64,000 nt of DNA from assembly GCA_016882195.1 (NCBI GenBank), contig VGLU01000002.1, positions 107,884 through 171,883 on the forward strand. Direction: 5' to 3'. Shown in pieces: positions 1-9,587 of the stretch. A model generated the notes under the pieces. That model ran no database searches. It was not told the origin of the DNA and saw nothing but the letters and a program-made list of their open reading frames with translations. Each line of letters opens with the position of its first letter. Positions within the stretch are counted from its first letter, which is position 1. A program made the translations under genes and the position numbers. The DNA is from Thermoproteota archaeon. Its GTDB lineage: Archaea > Thermoproteota > Methanomethylicia > Methanomethylicales > Methanomethylicaceae.

Positions 1-491
1 ACTTTAGAGAGAACCTCCGCCCTCTGCAGGGCCGTGTTCCCGCCGCCCACTATCGCAACGCTCTTGTTGGCAGTCAGGTCTATGTCGCAGGTGAGGGAGG
101 TGTTTATGCCCTTTCCCAAGAACTTCTCCTCCCCGGGCGCGTTCAGACTCCTGGGCATCCTGCCCCCAGTGATGATGACCGTTCTGCTCAGGAAGTCCCC
201 AACCGTGCTGTGCACCCTGAAGAGGCTCCCTTCCTTCTCGACCTTCTTGACCTCGCCTATCATTATCTCCGCGCCGTACCTCCTGGCCTGCTGCTCAAAG
301 ATTATCGCCAGGCGGGGGCCGCTCTTCCCAGTATACCCGAGGTAGTTCTCAATGTTCTCGGTGAGCACAACCTGCCCCCCGATATCCATGGTTATTACAA
401 GCGTCTTTAGAAGTCTCCTCCTTGCGTAAATTGCAGCCGTCAAACCTGCGGGACCTGCGCCGACGATAATTACATCATAAATATCATCCAA
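1..491 (-). CDS. Thioredoxin reductase-like FAD/NAD(P)H oxidoreductase, N-terminal part (runs off window); redox motif is SxxC
   Basis: Not in ORF track. Manual translation from TTG at 491 (GGTGAG RBS upstream): LDDIYDVIIVGAGPAGLTAAIYARR...GGQVVLTENIENYLG...GEEKFLGKGINTSLTCD...VAIVGGGNTAL. Confidence 0.85.
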   Translation of the reverse strand, partial: MDDIYDVIIVGAGPAGLTAAIYARRRLLKTLVITMDIGGQVVLTENIENYLGYTGKSGPRLAIIFEQQARRYGAEIMIGEVKKVEKEGSLFRVHSTVGDFLSRTVIITGGRMPRSLNAPGEEKFLGKGINTSLTCDIDLTANKSVAIVGGGNTALQRAEVLSK

Positions 492-523
492 TCAACTCAC
501 CGCTGGCTGAAGTTATCCTGATG

Positions 524-862
524 TTATCTTCTCTCGGTTTTAAATATATCCATAACCTTTTCGAATGCTGGCGCCCCCACAACAACATCGGGGATGATTG
601 CCATCTGCATACAGCTCTCTACACATAGATGGCAGTAGAGGCAGCGGAAGGGACTATACTCTATTCTCTTTTCATCTGGAAAAATTTTAATGGCTAATGA
701 GGGGCAGACCCTCTCGCAATCTTGACAAAGGTCGCATTTCTTCATGTCGAAGGTGATCTTTCCCCTGGTCCCAGGCACTGGCTCTGGCTTGACGTATGGA
801 TACCTCACCGTAGCCGGCTTCGTTATCAGGGACTTCAGCACTTTACTAAGCATTTTTGGCAT
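524..862 (-). CDS. echF: Ech hydrogenase 2x[4Fe-4S] subunit (NuoI-like)
   Basis: Start trimmed to MPKMLSK; KPATVRYP, CDLCQDCERVCP and CLYCHLCVESC motifs; follows echE. Confidence 0.88.
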   Translation of the reverse strand: MPKMLSKVLKSLITKPATVRYPYVKPEPVPGTRGKITFDMKKCDLCQDCERVCPSLAIKIFPDEKRIEYSPFRCLYCHLCVESCMQMAIIPDVVVGAPAFEKVMDIFKTERR

Positions 863-875
863 CTGATCTTCCCTC

Positions 876-1973
876 CTACCGCTCAGTGCACGCAACGCAG
901 GGGTCAACCGAGAGTAATACAGGCGGTATATCCGCCACCTCATGATCAACCAGCATGGTAACAAGCGCGGGAATATTCGCCAGCGTCGGGGTCCGTATCC
1001 TGCACCGCTCAAGTTTGTTCGTGCCATTGCCCGCGACGTAGTAGAAGAGCTCTCCCCTCGGTTGCTCGATCCTAGTAATCGCCGTGCCTCGGGGAAATAC
1101 CGTGTTCTTCTGCAATATTGGACCATTCGGCATCTGGTTTAGCGCTCTATTTATCAGGTCAATGGACTGGTAGATCTCACCAATCCGCACCAGCATGCGG
1201 GAATAGGCATCCTCCATATCATATACCACAGGCTTGAAATCAAGGTATGAGTAGGCTTCGTAACCCAGGGTGCGCATATCCTGGGGGATGCCGCTCCCCC
1301 TAACGGTTGGACCAACGGCTCCCAGAAGGGAGGTTTTGTTCTTGGGAAGGATCCCCTTACCAACCAATCTTGCCTGCACCCCCCTGTCCTTGACGAAGAC
1401 CGGTGCCAGATTGTCCATTCTCTTCTTCAGCTCGGCGAGGCTGGAACGGTACTCGGCTATCAGCCTATCGTCCATGTCTTTTTTGACACCGCCGATGGTG
1501 CACGTTGACAGTTGGATGCGGTGACCAGCGGTTTTTTCATTCAGCCGCAGTACTATCTCCCGGTCTCGCCAAAGGTGCATGAAGAGGCTCTCGAAGCCGA
1601 TGGAATCCACGAACAATCCCAGCCATAGAAGGTGGCTCTGTAGACGCCCGAGCTCTGACCATATCGTGCGCAGGTACTTCGCCCTCTCCGGCACCTCTGT
1701 GTCCGTTATCATCTCTATCGACTCGCAGTAGGCCATGGCGTGCATGAAGTTGCAAATGCCACAGATCCGTTCACAGAGGGTCACATTCCGTTTGTAATCA
1801 TTCAGCTCACATGCCCGCTCCACAGCTCTGTGGACGTAGCCTATATTCGGGACGACGTCCACGATGCGCTCCCCCTCAAACTTGAACCTTAGCTGCACCG
1901 GCTCGGGCAGAACCGGGTGCTGGGGTCCAAAGGGAATGACGGTATTCACATTAACTACTGTGCCTTCATTCAT
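876..1973 (-). CDS. echE: Group 4 (Ech-type) [NiFe]-hydrogenase large subunit
   Basis: Start trimmed to MNEGTVV; PFGPQHP, GYVHR, L1 ERICGIC, L2 DPCVACTER at the C-terminus with no cleavable extension. Confidence 0.93.
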   Translation of the reverse strand: MNEGTVVNVNTVIPFGPQHPVLPEPVQLRFKFEGERIVDVVPNIGYVHRAVERACELNDYKRNVTLCERICGICNFMHAMAYCESIEMITDTEVPERAKYLRTIWSELGRLQSHLLWLGLFVDSIGFESLFMHLWRDREIVLRLNEKTAGHRIQLSTCTIGGVKKDMDDRLIAEYRSSLAELKKRMDNLAPVFVKDRGVQARLVGKGILPKNKTSLLGAVGPTVRGSGIPQDMRTLGYEAYSYLDFKPVVYDMEDAYSRMLVRIGEIYQSIDLINRALNQMPNGPILQKNTVFPRGTAITRIEQPRGELFYYVAGNGTNKLERCRIRTPTLANIPALVTMLVDHEVADIPPVLLSVDPCVACTER

Positions 1974-3735
1974 TCCAATCGCACCTCCAGCAACGGTTAG
2001 CCTCTTTGGTAGCCTCCTCCTTACTGAAGCCGAGCTCCACCTCATCAAAACTCTTGATCCGCTCAGCCATAGGAAGAACGCGGGTTGGCACTGGTGTCCT
2101 CTCAAGGATCTCTGAGCTCTTACAAGGCTTGCATACCAATTCACCCAAGTCGATGGACGGCTGGGGAAGACCCTTCCCACCGAGATACTTGTCGATGTAC
2201 GAGGCCGCTATTCTTCCGTCCTTGATGCAATCGATGACAGATGTAGGTCCAGTCATGGCGTCCCCGCCTGCCCACACCCCTTGGACACTCGTTTCGTAGG
2301 TCTCTTCATTTACAACAATGCGTCCTGCCTTGTCCACCCTCAAGCCAAAGTCTTTTGGAATCTCGACAGCTTGTCCGATTGCCTTAATGACCGTGTCAAC
2401 CTCCACCACGAATTCGCTGCCTTCTATCGGCACAAATCTGCGTCTACCGCTCTCGTCAGGCTCACCCATCCTCATGTTTTGAAATATGACCTTCAAGGGC
2501 TTGCTAGGAATGATTTTTACTGGTGACCCAAGAAACCTTAAAGAAACCCCTTCCTCCATCGCAGCCTCAACTTGTTCCGGCGTTGCAGGCATCTCTTCCC
2601 GCGATCTTCTATAGAAGATGGTAACATCTTTGGAGCCAAGCCGCTTCGCCATCCTCGCGGCGTCTACAGCACCGTTTCCACCACCTATTACGGCGACTCG
2701 ATCGCCCAGTTCAGGCCTTTCATTATGAACATTTACGGCAAAGAGAAAATTCACGCATTCAAGCACACCAGGAGAATCCTCTCCCTCAACCATGAGCCTC
2801 ATGCTCTTCCAGGCCCCAGTGCCGACGTAGATCGCGTCGAAACCCTTCTTGAACAACGCGTCCAAGTTGGTAATCTCAACTCCAGTTTCGAGTTTAACGC
2901 CCGCCTCCTCGAACCGCGCCATTACTTCTGCCTCTAGAATATTCCTGGGCAACCTGTACTTCGGTATGAACACAAACATCGCGCCCCCGCACCGCTCCAG
3001 CTTCTCGTAGACCGTTACGCTGTGCCCGAGCATCCCAAGGTAGAATGCGGCTGTTATGCCCGAGGGTCCCGCTCCTACCACCGCAACTTTTTTGCCAGTC
3101 GGCTCCATCCTCTTTACGTCGCGTTTAAGGCTACTCAACGCATCCGCCGCGTACCTCTTCAACAGCCGATTCTGTAGAGGTTTATCGTTTTTGTCCTGCC
3201 TACACCCCTCCTCGCACGGAGCAAAGCAGACTCTTCCGAGGATTGCGGGCAGGGGTGCCTGTTCTATAACCGTGTTGTAGGCTCCCTCGGGATCGCCCAA
3301 TGCTGTCTGCCGGACATATTTCGGGACGTTCACCATGGCTGGGCACTTCTCGCGGCACCTACCGAAGAACCTCATAATCGGAGGGCACTCGCCAACAACA
3401 GGCTTCAGCAGAGTCGTGGCGGACGCCGACTCCACCTTTAACATCCTGCCACCGTAATCCACATTGAGGCCTGAGATCTTGAGATTGAACAGGTCTTGTG
3501 CCTCGTTTTCGGCGATGAAGGCCGCGCTGTAGACGCCGGTGATACTGGATAACGGCTCTTCCTTATCGGTCCTCATTTTAAGATTAATAACCTCCCTTCC
3601 CTTCTCGAAGTGGTAAATCACCTCGAGCTGTTTGCCCAAATCAAGAACTGTTATGGTGAGAAATCTGGCGTCCTCCGCTCTGAGCTTGTCCAACTCTGCG
3701 AAAATGCTCGCCTTGTCGGTCAATATTTCCTGCAT
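1966..3735 (-). CDS. Fusion of EchD/NuoC-like domain to GltD/SfrB-type NAD(P)H-dependent FAD Fe-S oxidoreductase
   Basis: Start trimmed to MQEILTDK; N-terminal ~110 aa has ARFLTIT, SITGVYSAAFIAENEAQDLF, VDYGG (EchD); then CREKCP, GRVCFAPCEEGC, VVGAGPSG, IPKYRLP, IGGGNGAVDAAR, FYRRSREEMPA, WAGGD, EANRCWRC. Confidence 0.88.
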   Translation of the reverse strand: MQEILTDKASIFAELDKLRAEDARFLTITVLDLGKQLEVIYHFEKGREVINLKMRTDKEEPLSSITGVYSAAFIAENEAQDLFNLKISGLNVDYGGRMLKVESASATTLLKPVVGECPPIMRFFGRCREKCPAMVNVPKYVRQTALGDPEGAYNTVIEQAPLPAILGRVCFAPCEEGCRQDKNDKPLQNRLLKRYAADALSSLKRDVKRMEPTGKKVAVVGAGPSGITAAFYLGMLGHSVTVYEKLERCGGAMFVFIPKYRLPRNILEAEVMARFEEAGVKLETGVEITNLDALFKKGFDAIYVGTGAWKSMRLMVEGEDSPGVLECVNFLFAVNVHNERPELGDRVAVIGGGNGAVDAARMAKRLGSKDVTIFYRRSREEMPATPEQVEAAMEEGVSLRFLGSPVKIIPSKPLKVIFQNMRMGEPDESGRRRFVPIEGSEFVVEVDTVIKAIGQAVEIPKDFGLRVDKAGRIVVNEETYETSVQGVWAGGDAMTGPTSVIDCIKDGRIAASYIDKYLGGKGLPQPSIDLGELVCKPCKSSEILERTPVPTRVLPMAERIKSFDEVELGFSKEEATKEANRCWRCDWNE

Positions 3736-3736
3736 T

Positions 3737-4183
3737 TTATCTCCCCTCAACCTTTTTCTTGCCCTTCTCGGCAAGCTTCTGCAGGCCAAGTATGAAGCCA
3801 TCGATGATCTGCTCAGGACGAGCGGCACAGCCGGGCACGTAGACATCCACAGGGACCACCTTATCCACGCCGCCAAGCACGTTCGGGCAGTTGTAGAAGA
3901 CACCGCCTGTGGATCCGCATGAACCCACAACGATTACAACTTTAGTTTCAGGCATCTGATCATAGAGGTTCTTTAGGACTCTGAAGTTTCTTCTGTTCGC
4001 CGGGCCAGTAACAAGCAGCACATCCGCCTGCTTGGGGTTACCTATGTTTATGATCCCAAAACGCTCAACATCAAATCTTGGCGCCAGGGCTGCCAGGATT
4101 TCAATATCGCAACCATTGCAGCTTCCGCAGTTGAAGTGTAGAACCCAAGGGGACTTGACCCTGGCCTTGTTCATTATGTCCAT
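3737..4183 (-). CDS. echC: Ech hydrogenase small subunit (NuoB-like)
   Basis: KSPWVLHFNCGSCNGCDIE, NPKQADVLLVTG, GSCGSTGG, DVYVPGCAARPE. Confidence 0.93.
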   Translation of the reverse strand: MDIMNKARVKSPWVLHFNCGSCNGCDIEILAALAPRFDVERFGIINIGNPKQADVLLVTGPANRRNFRVLKNLYDQMPETKVVIVVGSCGSTGGVFYNCPNVLGGVDKVVPVDVYVPGCAARPEQIIDGFILGLQKLAEKGKKKVEGR

Positions 4184-4184
4184 C

Positions 4185-5057
4185 TCAGACCCCTCCCAAG
4201 AGAAATAGGGCAACGAGGTTTGCCAAGATCAGCGTGAAACCAAAGGTCCAGGTCGTCTTCAGCATCCTCTGCCACGTAAGTCTAGGATAGATGTTGTCAA
4301 CGACAAGGGAGACGAAGAATAGAAGGAGGGCCAGCCCAACCCCAATTAGTAAGTTCGGTGCCCAGAAGTATGCCATTATAGACAGTATGAGCATCATCTT
4401 GACCCAATGCCCCAGCTCGACCATCGCCATCGTATAGCCAGAGAACTCGGTGAAGACGCCGCGCACTATCTCCTGATGGGCGTGCATAGACGCAGAGATA
4501 TCGAATGGAGACTTCTTCATCTCTACAATAAGCACAAACCCCATGGCGACGAATACCCCGGGAAGAAGCAGGAGCAATGGATATGCCAAGGAGAATATGC
4601 CTCCTACGAGGAAGCTGCGCGTTGCAAAGTAGATGCTGATGATGGACATTATCATAACAGGCTCATATGACAACACCGATAGAAGCTCTCTCATCCCTCC
4701 TATGTGGCTATATGGCGACTTTGAGTTGAAGCTGGCAGCTACTAGGCAGACGTCTGCCGTGGCAACTGTGAATAGCAGCAGTAGTAGATCCAGCCTGAAA
4801 ACCAAAATTGCTGCAGCCATCAGCGAAAAGCCCAAATACCCGAAGGCAAGAACAGGCTGAAACTGGCTGGTGATGAACGGTTTCTTCCCCCAGAGCTTTA
4901 TGACATCATAAAAGGGCTGAAGAACCGGGGGACCGATTCTGCTCTGCATGTGCGCAGTGATCTTCCTATCGATGCCCCTGAGTAATCCTCCAATGAAGGG
5001 AAAGGCCGCCAAGAGCAGCACGGGGAGGGCATAGCTCAATACTGGATCGGGCATCAA
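4185..5057 (-). CDS. echB: Ech membrane subunit (NuoH-like)
   Basis: GIDRKITAHMQSRIGPPVLQPFYDVIKL, KKSPFDIS, HQEIVRG, YPRLTWQ; polytopic membrane protein. Confidence 0.92.
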   Translation of the reverse strand: MMPDPVLSYALPVLLLAAFPFIGGLLRGIDRKITAHMQSRIGPPVLQPFYDVIKLWGKKPFITSQFQPVLAFGYLGFSLMAAAILVFRLDLLLLLFTVATADVCLVAASFNSKSPYSHIGGMRELLSVLSYEPVMIMSIISIYFATRSFLVGGIFSLAYPLLLLLPGVFVAMGFVLIVEMKKSPFDISASMHAHQEIVRGVFTEFSGYTMAMVELGHWVKMMLILSIMAYFWAPNLLIGVGLALLLFFVSLVVDNIYPRLTWQRMLKTTWTFGFTLILANLVALFLLGGV

Positions 5058-6967
5058 AACATCACCATCAAAAACAGTAGCGCCAACAGTAGCGTCCCTC
5101 CAACCAGAGCGTATTTGTTCAAACGCCCCTCGCCTATTGAATCGAAGGACATTACGGAGACCTGAAATTCGGCCTCTGTGTCAGCCATAGTCCTGAACGC
5201 CGAGGGGTTACCCTCAACGTTCTCCCCTCCCAAGAAGGGCGGTTTCACAACGCCGCCCTTAGATTTTGCTACCGCAAAGCCAGCGATGAAAATAACCCCT
5301 ACTGCAAGCCAAAAAAGCAAGACTGGGAATGAGCCGATGGTGGTGTTTATGCTGAACAGCGGAGCCCCGATTTGAACAGAATAGCCTCCTCCAACGGTTG
5401 GGTTAACGAGATTGCTGATAAAGAAGGCTGCACCCACGCTGATGAAAAGATCTAATGACAGCAAACTCAGCAGAGAGAGCAGATAGGGGGGATGAAGTTT
5501 TTCGGCCCTCAGTTTCGTTTCTTTTACGGGAAGAATTATGAGACGTCCCAACCACCTTGCCCAGAAAAGAGTTGTAGTAGCGCTACCGATGACCATAAAA
5601 ATGATTAATAAAAATACTATTGAAGGCGGTGATGAAGCGATAACTTCCAGAGCCGCCCACTTACCGAGCAGCATGCCGAATGGGGGCAAGAACATGCTTA
5701 TCATCCCAACAATCATTATGATCGCTGTCAGCGGAAACCTTCCCAGAAGCCCCTCCCAACTCTCTATGTTCTGGCTGTGCAACCGGTTCTCAACCACGCC
5801 GGCTCCCATGAATAACAACCCTTTCGAAATTGCGTGAAATAGAAGCAGGATTAGTGCTGCCGAGTACGCTAGCGGCGTGTTTAATCCTGCGCACAATATG
5901 ATTAGACCGAGGTTGCTGATTGTGGAATAGGCTAGAATTCTCTTGGAACCCCTTTGGCTAATCGCCAACACCGCTGTTAGCATGAAGGTAAAAGCACCCA
6001 CGAGGACGACGGCCCACGTTAAATGAGTGTCCTTGATCGCGGGTGCGATCCTCAAGATCAGATAGACACCGGCATTCACCATCGTGCTTGCGTGGAGGAG
6101 AGCTGAGACCGGTGTGGGGGCAACCATTGCGCCCAGAAGCCAGCCATGAAATGGGAACTGGGCTGACTTTGTGAATGCCGCCAATGCCATAAAGGCGAAG
6201 CTGAGCAGGAGTATGGGCGCCGCGCCGGCCATGAGCAGTTCGTTAAGGGCTATGCTTCCAATGGCGTAGTAGCTAACGAAAAGCGAGGCGCTCAGGGCGA
6301 CCCCCCCCGTGAGATTCATCCAAAGGGCAACCGCGGCATTTTTCTCGGCCTCCTTTGTCCTATCGTGTCTTATGAGTTCATAGCAGCAAAGAGTAGTAAC
6401 CTCCCAGAAGAAGGCTAGCCAGAGGATATTGTTGGAGTATATTAGGCCGTTCATGGCACCAAGGAAGAGCAGCAGGAAGAAGAAAAACCTGGGTTGCCTG
6501 CTCCTCGAAAGCTGTAAAATTTCTTCATGTTCATCCATGTAGCTCAGAGCATAGACGCATATCATAGAACCCACAATGTTCACAATCAGGCTCATGAAAA
6601 TGGAGAGGTTGTCCACCATCAGAGCTGGCTCGACACTGACTCCAATTGCGGAATACTCGAAGTATGCGACGAGCAAGATCTGTAGCAGAGTAAGTCCGAT
6701 TACCAAGACGTTCTTTATCCTGAACCCTACATACAGAAAGTATGCTACCAAACAGAAGCCGAGGATAAGTGCACTCATCTCAACTAGGTAATTTGGAGAG
6801 TAGACGAAACCTCCACTGTAGAACAGCAGAAGAGAAGAGGCGATTAATGAGGCGGCCATGATGGCGATTATGGCTCTTCTGATGCCTCTCCCAGTTAGTC
6901 CTAGGCATGCTAACCCCATGATCAAGGGCAGGAGCACGTTTGTTGCTACAATGAGTTCGCCATACAT
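5054..6967 (-). CDS. echA: Ech antiporter-like membrane subunit (NuoL/MrpA family)
   Basis: FFWEVTT, TKSAQFPFHGWLLGAMVAPTPVSALLHASTMVNAGVY, KRILAYST, FHAISKGLLF; start trimmed to MYGELIV. Confidence 0.92.
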   Translation of the reverse strand: MYGELIVATNVLLPLIMGLACLGLTGRGIRRAIIAIMAASLIASSLLLFYSGGFVYSPNYLVEMSALILGFCLVAYFLYVGFRIKNVLVIGLTLLQILLVAYFEYSAIGVSVEPALMVDNLSIFMSLIVNIVGSMICVYALSYMDEHEEILQLSRSRQPRFFFFLLLFLGAMNGLIYSNNILWLAFFWEVTTLCCYELIRHDRTKEAEKNAAVALWMNLTGGVALSASLFVSYYAIGSIALNELLMAGAAPILLLSFAFMALAAFTKSAQFPFHGWLLGAMVAPTPVSALLHASTMVNAGVYLILRIAPAIKDTHLTWAVVLVGAFTFMLTAVLAISQRGSKRILAYSTISNLGLIILCAGLNTPLAYSAALILLLFHAISKGLLFMGAGVVENRLHSQNIESWEGLLGRFPLTAIIMIVGMISMFLPPFGMLLGKWAALEVIASSPPSIVFLLIIFMVIGSATTTLFWARWLGRLIILPVKETKLRAEKLHPPYLLSLLSLLSLDLFISVGAAFFISNLVNPTVGGGYSVQIGAPLFSINTTIGSFPVLLFWLAVGVIFIAGFAVAKSKGGVVKPPFLGGENVEGNPSAFRTMADTEAEFQVSVMSFDSIGEGRLNKYALVGGTLLLALLFLMVMF

Positions 6968-7055
6968 CCAAACAACACCGAATAATTTGAAATGTCTATA
7001 CCGTTCTTTACACAAGAAAGTTAGTTATATGCTTAGTTATGTCGCTGGCTTACCA

Positions 7056-7292
7056 TCACTTCTTACCCAAGATCTTTGGACCTGGGGGAACCGTCCCGGG
7101 ACCTACAATGGAGTTGGTGACTATGGCGAAGCTCGTATACGCTGCGCACCCGGCGGTGAGGAAGCCGATGTAACCACCCAGTTGCGTCAGGCCTGCGTTT
7201 GCGAAGCTCAGCAGGAAGGCCGTGAATGCGAATGCCGCCAGCCCGAGCGGTGCTGGGTCGGCCAGTGGAGCCTTCTCCATTGGGCTACTCAT
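7056..7292 (-). pseudogene. satP: Internally deleted SatP/GPR1-FUN34-YaaH acetate transporter (only first and last TM regions retained); mini-protein or pseudogene
   Basis: N-terminal signature ADPAPLGLAAFAFT joined directly to C-terminal-like GGYIGFLTAGCAAYTSFAIVTN; 78 aa versus ~190-200 aa for the family; overlaps acs stop. Confidence 0.7.
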
Positions 7293-9259
7293 TACTTAGT
7301 CGCCCCCATCTCCTCTATACTGCGCATTTCGGCCTTGAACTCTTCATAAGCCTTCTTTGCCTCTTCCACGCTGGTTGCGTCCTCGAGCGTCGTTGTATCA
7401 CCGATGCTCCTTTCTTCTACGACCGCCCCTATTACCCTCCTCATTATCTTGCCGCTGCGGGTTTTTGGCAGTTTGTTGACAAAGTAAAGCGACTGTGGGG
7501 CAGCTATCGGTCCGATGCTCTGCCTAATGTGGTTAACAAGCTCGGTTCTCAATTGTGGTGAGGCAACATGCCCCGGCCTGAGTATGACAAAGGCAACAGG
7601 GACCTGCATCTTTATCGGATCAGCCTTACCTATTACTGCAGACTCCGCCACGGCGGGGTGCGATATCAGTGCATCCTCCAGCTCGATGGTCCCGATCCTG
7701 TGACCTGCCACCTTGAGCACCTCATCTGCCCTGCCTAGTAGCCAGAAGTAGCCGTCCTCGTCCTTCATGGCGAAGTCTCCAGGGTAGTAGAAGCCAGGGA
7801 ACTTGGTGAAGTAGGTGCTCTTGAACCTCTCGTGGTCGCCCCACAGGGTTATGAACTGGCCTGGCCATGGCTTCCTTATCACGAGCAGCCCCTTCTCGTT
7901 GGGCTTGGCTATCCTTCTATCCTCGGTGTACACATCAGCGTCCACTCCCGGCAAGGGGAAGGTGGCTGAACCCGGTTTGAGCGGGACGAGTGCAAGACCA
8001 GGCTGAGGGGTGATCATGATCCCGCCCGTCTCGGTCTGCCACCAGGTGTCGACTATTGGGGTCCTTTCGCGACCTATGTACTTGTAGTACCAGTTCCATG
8101 CCTCGGGGTTGATGGGCTCGCCGACGGTACCGAGTATCCTGAGGGTGGAGAGGTCGTGTTTCTTAGCCCACTCCTCTCCGTACTTCATGTGCATTCTTAT
8201 TGAAGTGGGGGAGGTGTAAAAGATGGTGATTCCGTACCTCTCAACCATGTCCCACCACCTGTCTGGATGGGGGTAGTCGGGAGCACCCTCGTATAAGAAA
8301 GAGGTGACGCCGCTGATCAATGGACCGTAAACGATGTAGGTGTGACCGGTGATCCAACCGATATCTGCGGCGCACCAGTAAATGTCTTTGTCATTTACGT
8401 CAAATACCACCTTCTGGGTGAAGTCGGCCCAAACCATGTAACCCGCGGTGCCGTGCGTGGCCCCCTTCGGCTTCCCAGTTGTACCAGAGGTATAAAGGAT
8501 GAAGCTGGGGTGTGTCCCCTCAAGCCTCTCGGGCTCAACGTATGGGTCGGCGGACCCGACCAATTCGTGGTACCACATGTCTCTATCCTCCACCATGTTG
8601 ATCAGGTTGTGCCCTCTCCTCACAGCCAAGACCTTCTCTACTGTAGTGGTATGCTTGAGCGCTTCGTCCACGACCGCTTTGAGCTCAACGGTTTTGCCTC
8701 GCCTGTAACCTTCGTCAGCCGTTATGATCATTTTACTCTGTGAGTCGTTGACTCTATCAGCGATTGCCTGGGAGGTGAAGCCCGCGAATATAACGGAGTG
8801 GATCGCCCCAATCCTGACAGCCGCGAGCATACTGATCACCAACTCAGGGATCATGGGCATATATATCGTCACCCTGTCTCCCTTCCTTACCCCAAGCCTC
8901 TTGAGGATCGACGAAAACCTGTTTACTTCTCTGAATAGATCATAGTAGGTTAGAGTCCGCTTGTCTCCATTCTCTCCCTCCCAGTAGAAGGCCACCTTGT
9001 TCTTTCTCCAACTCCCCACATGCCGGTCCAATGCGTTGTATGAGATGTTTGTCCTCCTTATCGGGAACCACTTGGCGTATGGAGGCTCATCGATGGGCTG
9101 ATACGCGGGGCCATTTTTTTCGTACCAGAAGAGGTCATCAGCAAATTTCTGCCAGAAGGTCTCTGGGTCCTGTAAACTCTGCTTATGAACATCCTTCAGG
9201 ATGTTTACATCGGGATGAATAGTCCTCGATGTGGGCAGGACACCTAAAATTTTATCCAA
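7292..9259 (-). CDS. acs: AMP-forming acetyl-CoA synthetase
   Basis: FILYTSGTTGKPKG, WCAADIGWITGH, VGEPINPEAW, DTWWQTETG, LPKTRSGKIMRR. Confidence 0.96.
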   Translation of the reverse strand: MDKILGVLPTSRTIHPDVNILKDVHKQSLQDPETFWQKFADDLFWYEKNGPAYQPIDEPPYAKWFPIRRTNISYNALDRHVGSWRKNKVAFYWEGENGDKRTLTYYDLFREVNRFSSILKRLGVRKGDRVTIYMPMIPELVISMLAAVRIGAIHSVIFAGFTSQAIADRVNDSQSKMIITADEGYRRGKTVELKAVVDEALKHTTTVEKVLAVRRGHNLINMVEDRDMWYHELVGSADPYVEPERLEGTHPSFILYTSGTTGKPKGATHGTAGYMVWADFTQKVVFDVNDKDIYWCAADIGWITGHTYIVYGPLISGVTSFLYEGAPDYPHPDRWWDMVERYGITIFYTSPTSIRMHMKYGEEWAKKHDLSTLRILGTVGEPINPEAWNWYYKYIGRERTPIVDTWWQTETGGIMITPQPGLALVPLKPGSATFPLPGVDADVYTEDRRIAKPNEKGLLVIRKPWPGQFITLWGDHERFKSTYFTKFPGFYYPGDFAMKDEDGYFWLLGRADEVLKVAGHRIGTIELEDALISHPAVAESAVIGKADPIKMQVPVAFVILRPGHVASPQLRTELVNHIRQSIGPIAAPQSLYFVNKLPKTRSGKIMRRVIGAVVEERSIGDTTTLEDATSVEEAKKAYEEFKAEMRSIEEMGATK

Positions 9260-9413
9260 TACTCATCACCCTTATCTTTTACCGGCGGTTGCCGGACTCA
9301 GACTTTGTGTCGGCAATTTTCGCATCCGAAGCCTTCTGTTTACAGAACAGCAAAATTTCGTTTAATCGTAGGTACATTTCCTTTGCCATAGGTCGAACCC
9401 TGCGTTGTCATAC

Positions 9414-9421
9414 TATATAAA
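9414..9421 (-). promoter_or_regulatory. Putative TATA box for acs-satP
   Basis: TTTATATA on minus strand with purine-rich BRE-like sequence upstream. Confidence 0.55.
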
Positions 9422-9434
9422 CGTTTTCTGCAAT

Positions 9435-9456
9435 TTATAATTATAAATAATTACAA
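9435..9456. promoter_or_regulatory. 22-bp imperfect palindrome, putative transcription factor site between divergent acs and usp-actP promoters
   Basis: TTATAATTATAAATAATTACAA, centred between TATA boxes at 9414-9421 (-) and 9469-9476 (+); 20/22 copy at 14179-14200. Confidence 0.6.
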
Positions 9457-9468
9457 TCATTGATAATG

Positions 9469-9476
9469 TTTATATA
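9469..9476 (+). promoter_or_regulatory. Putative TATA box for usp/DUF485-actP
   Basis: TTTATATA about 110 bp upstream of ATG 9588. Confidence 0.5.
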
Positions 9477-9587
9477 CTCAAAGAAATACGCTTTTCGGTA
9501 CTATGACTAAGAACGTATTTCCAAAATTAAGTGTATTCTTTCCATTAATAAGGAGAGATTACCTGATTAAAGAGGCGGCAAAAGTCT

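Noticed and set aside
524-6967. Complex I/Fpo-like or Mbx-type complex without a NiFe site
   Set aside because: The large subunit retains both CxxC NiFe-binding motifs.
9279-9327. Hairpin (TTGCCG/CGGCAA) in the acs leader as a riboswitch
   Set aside because: A single modest stem with no recognisable aptamer motif.
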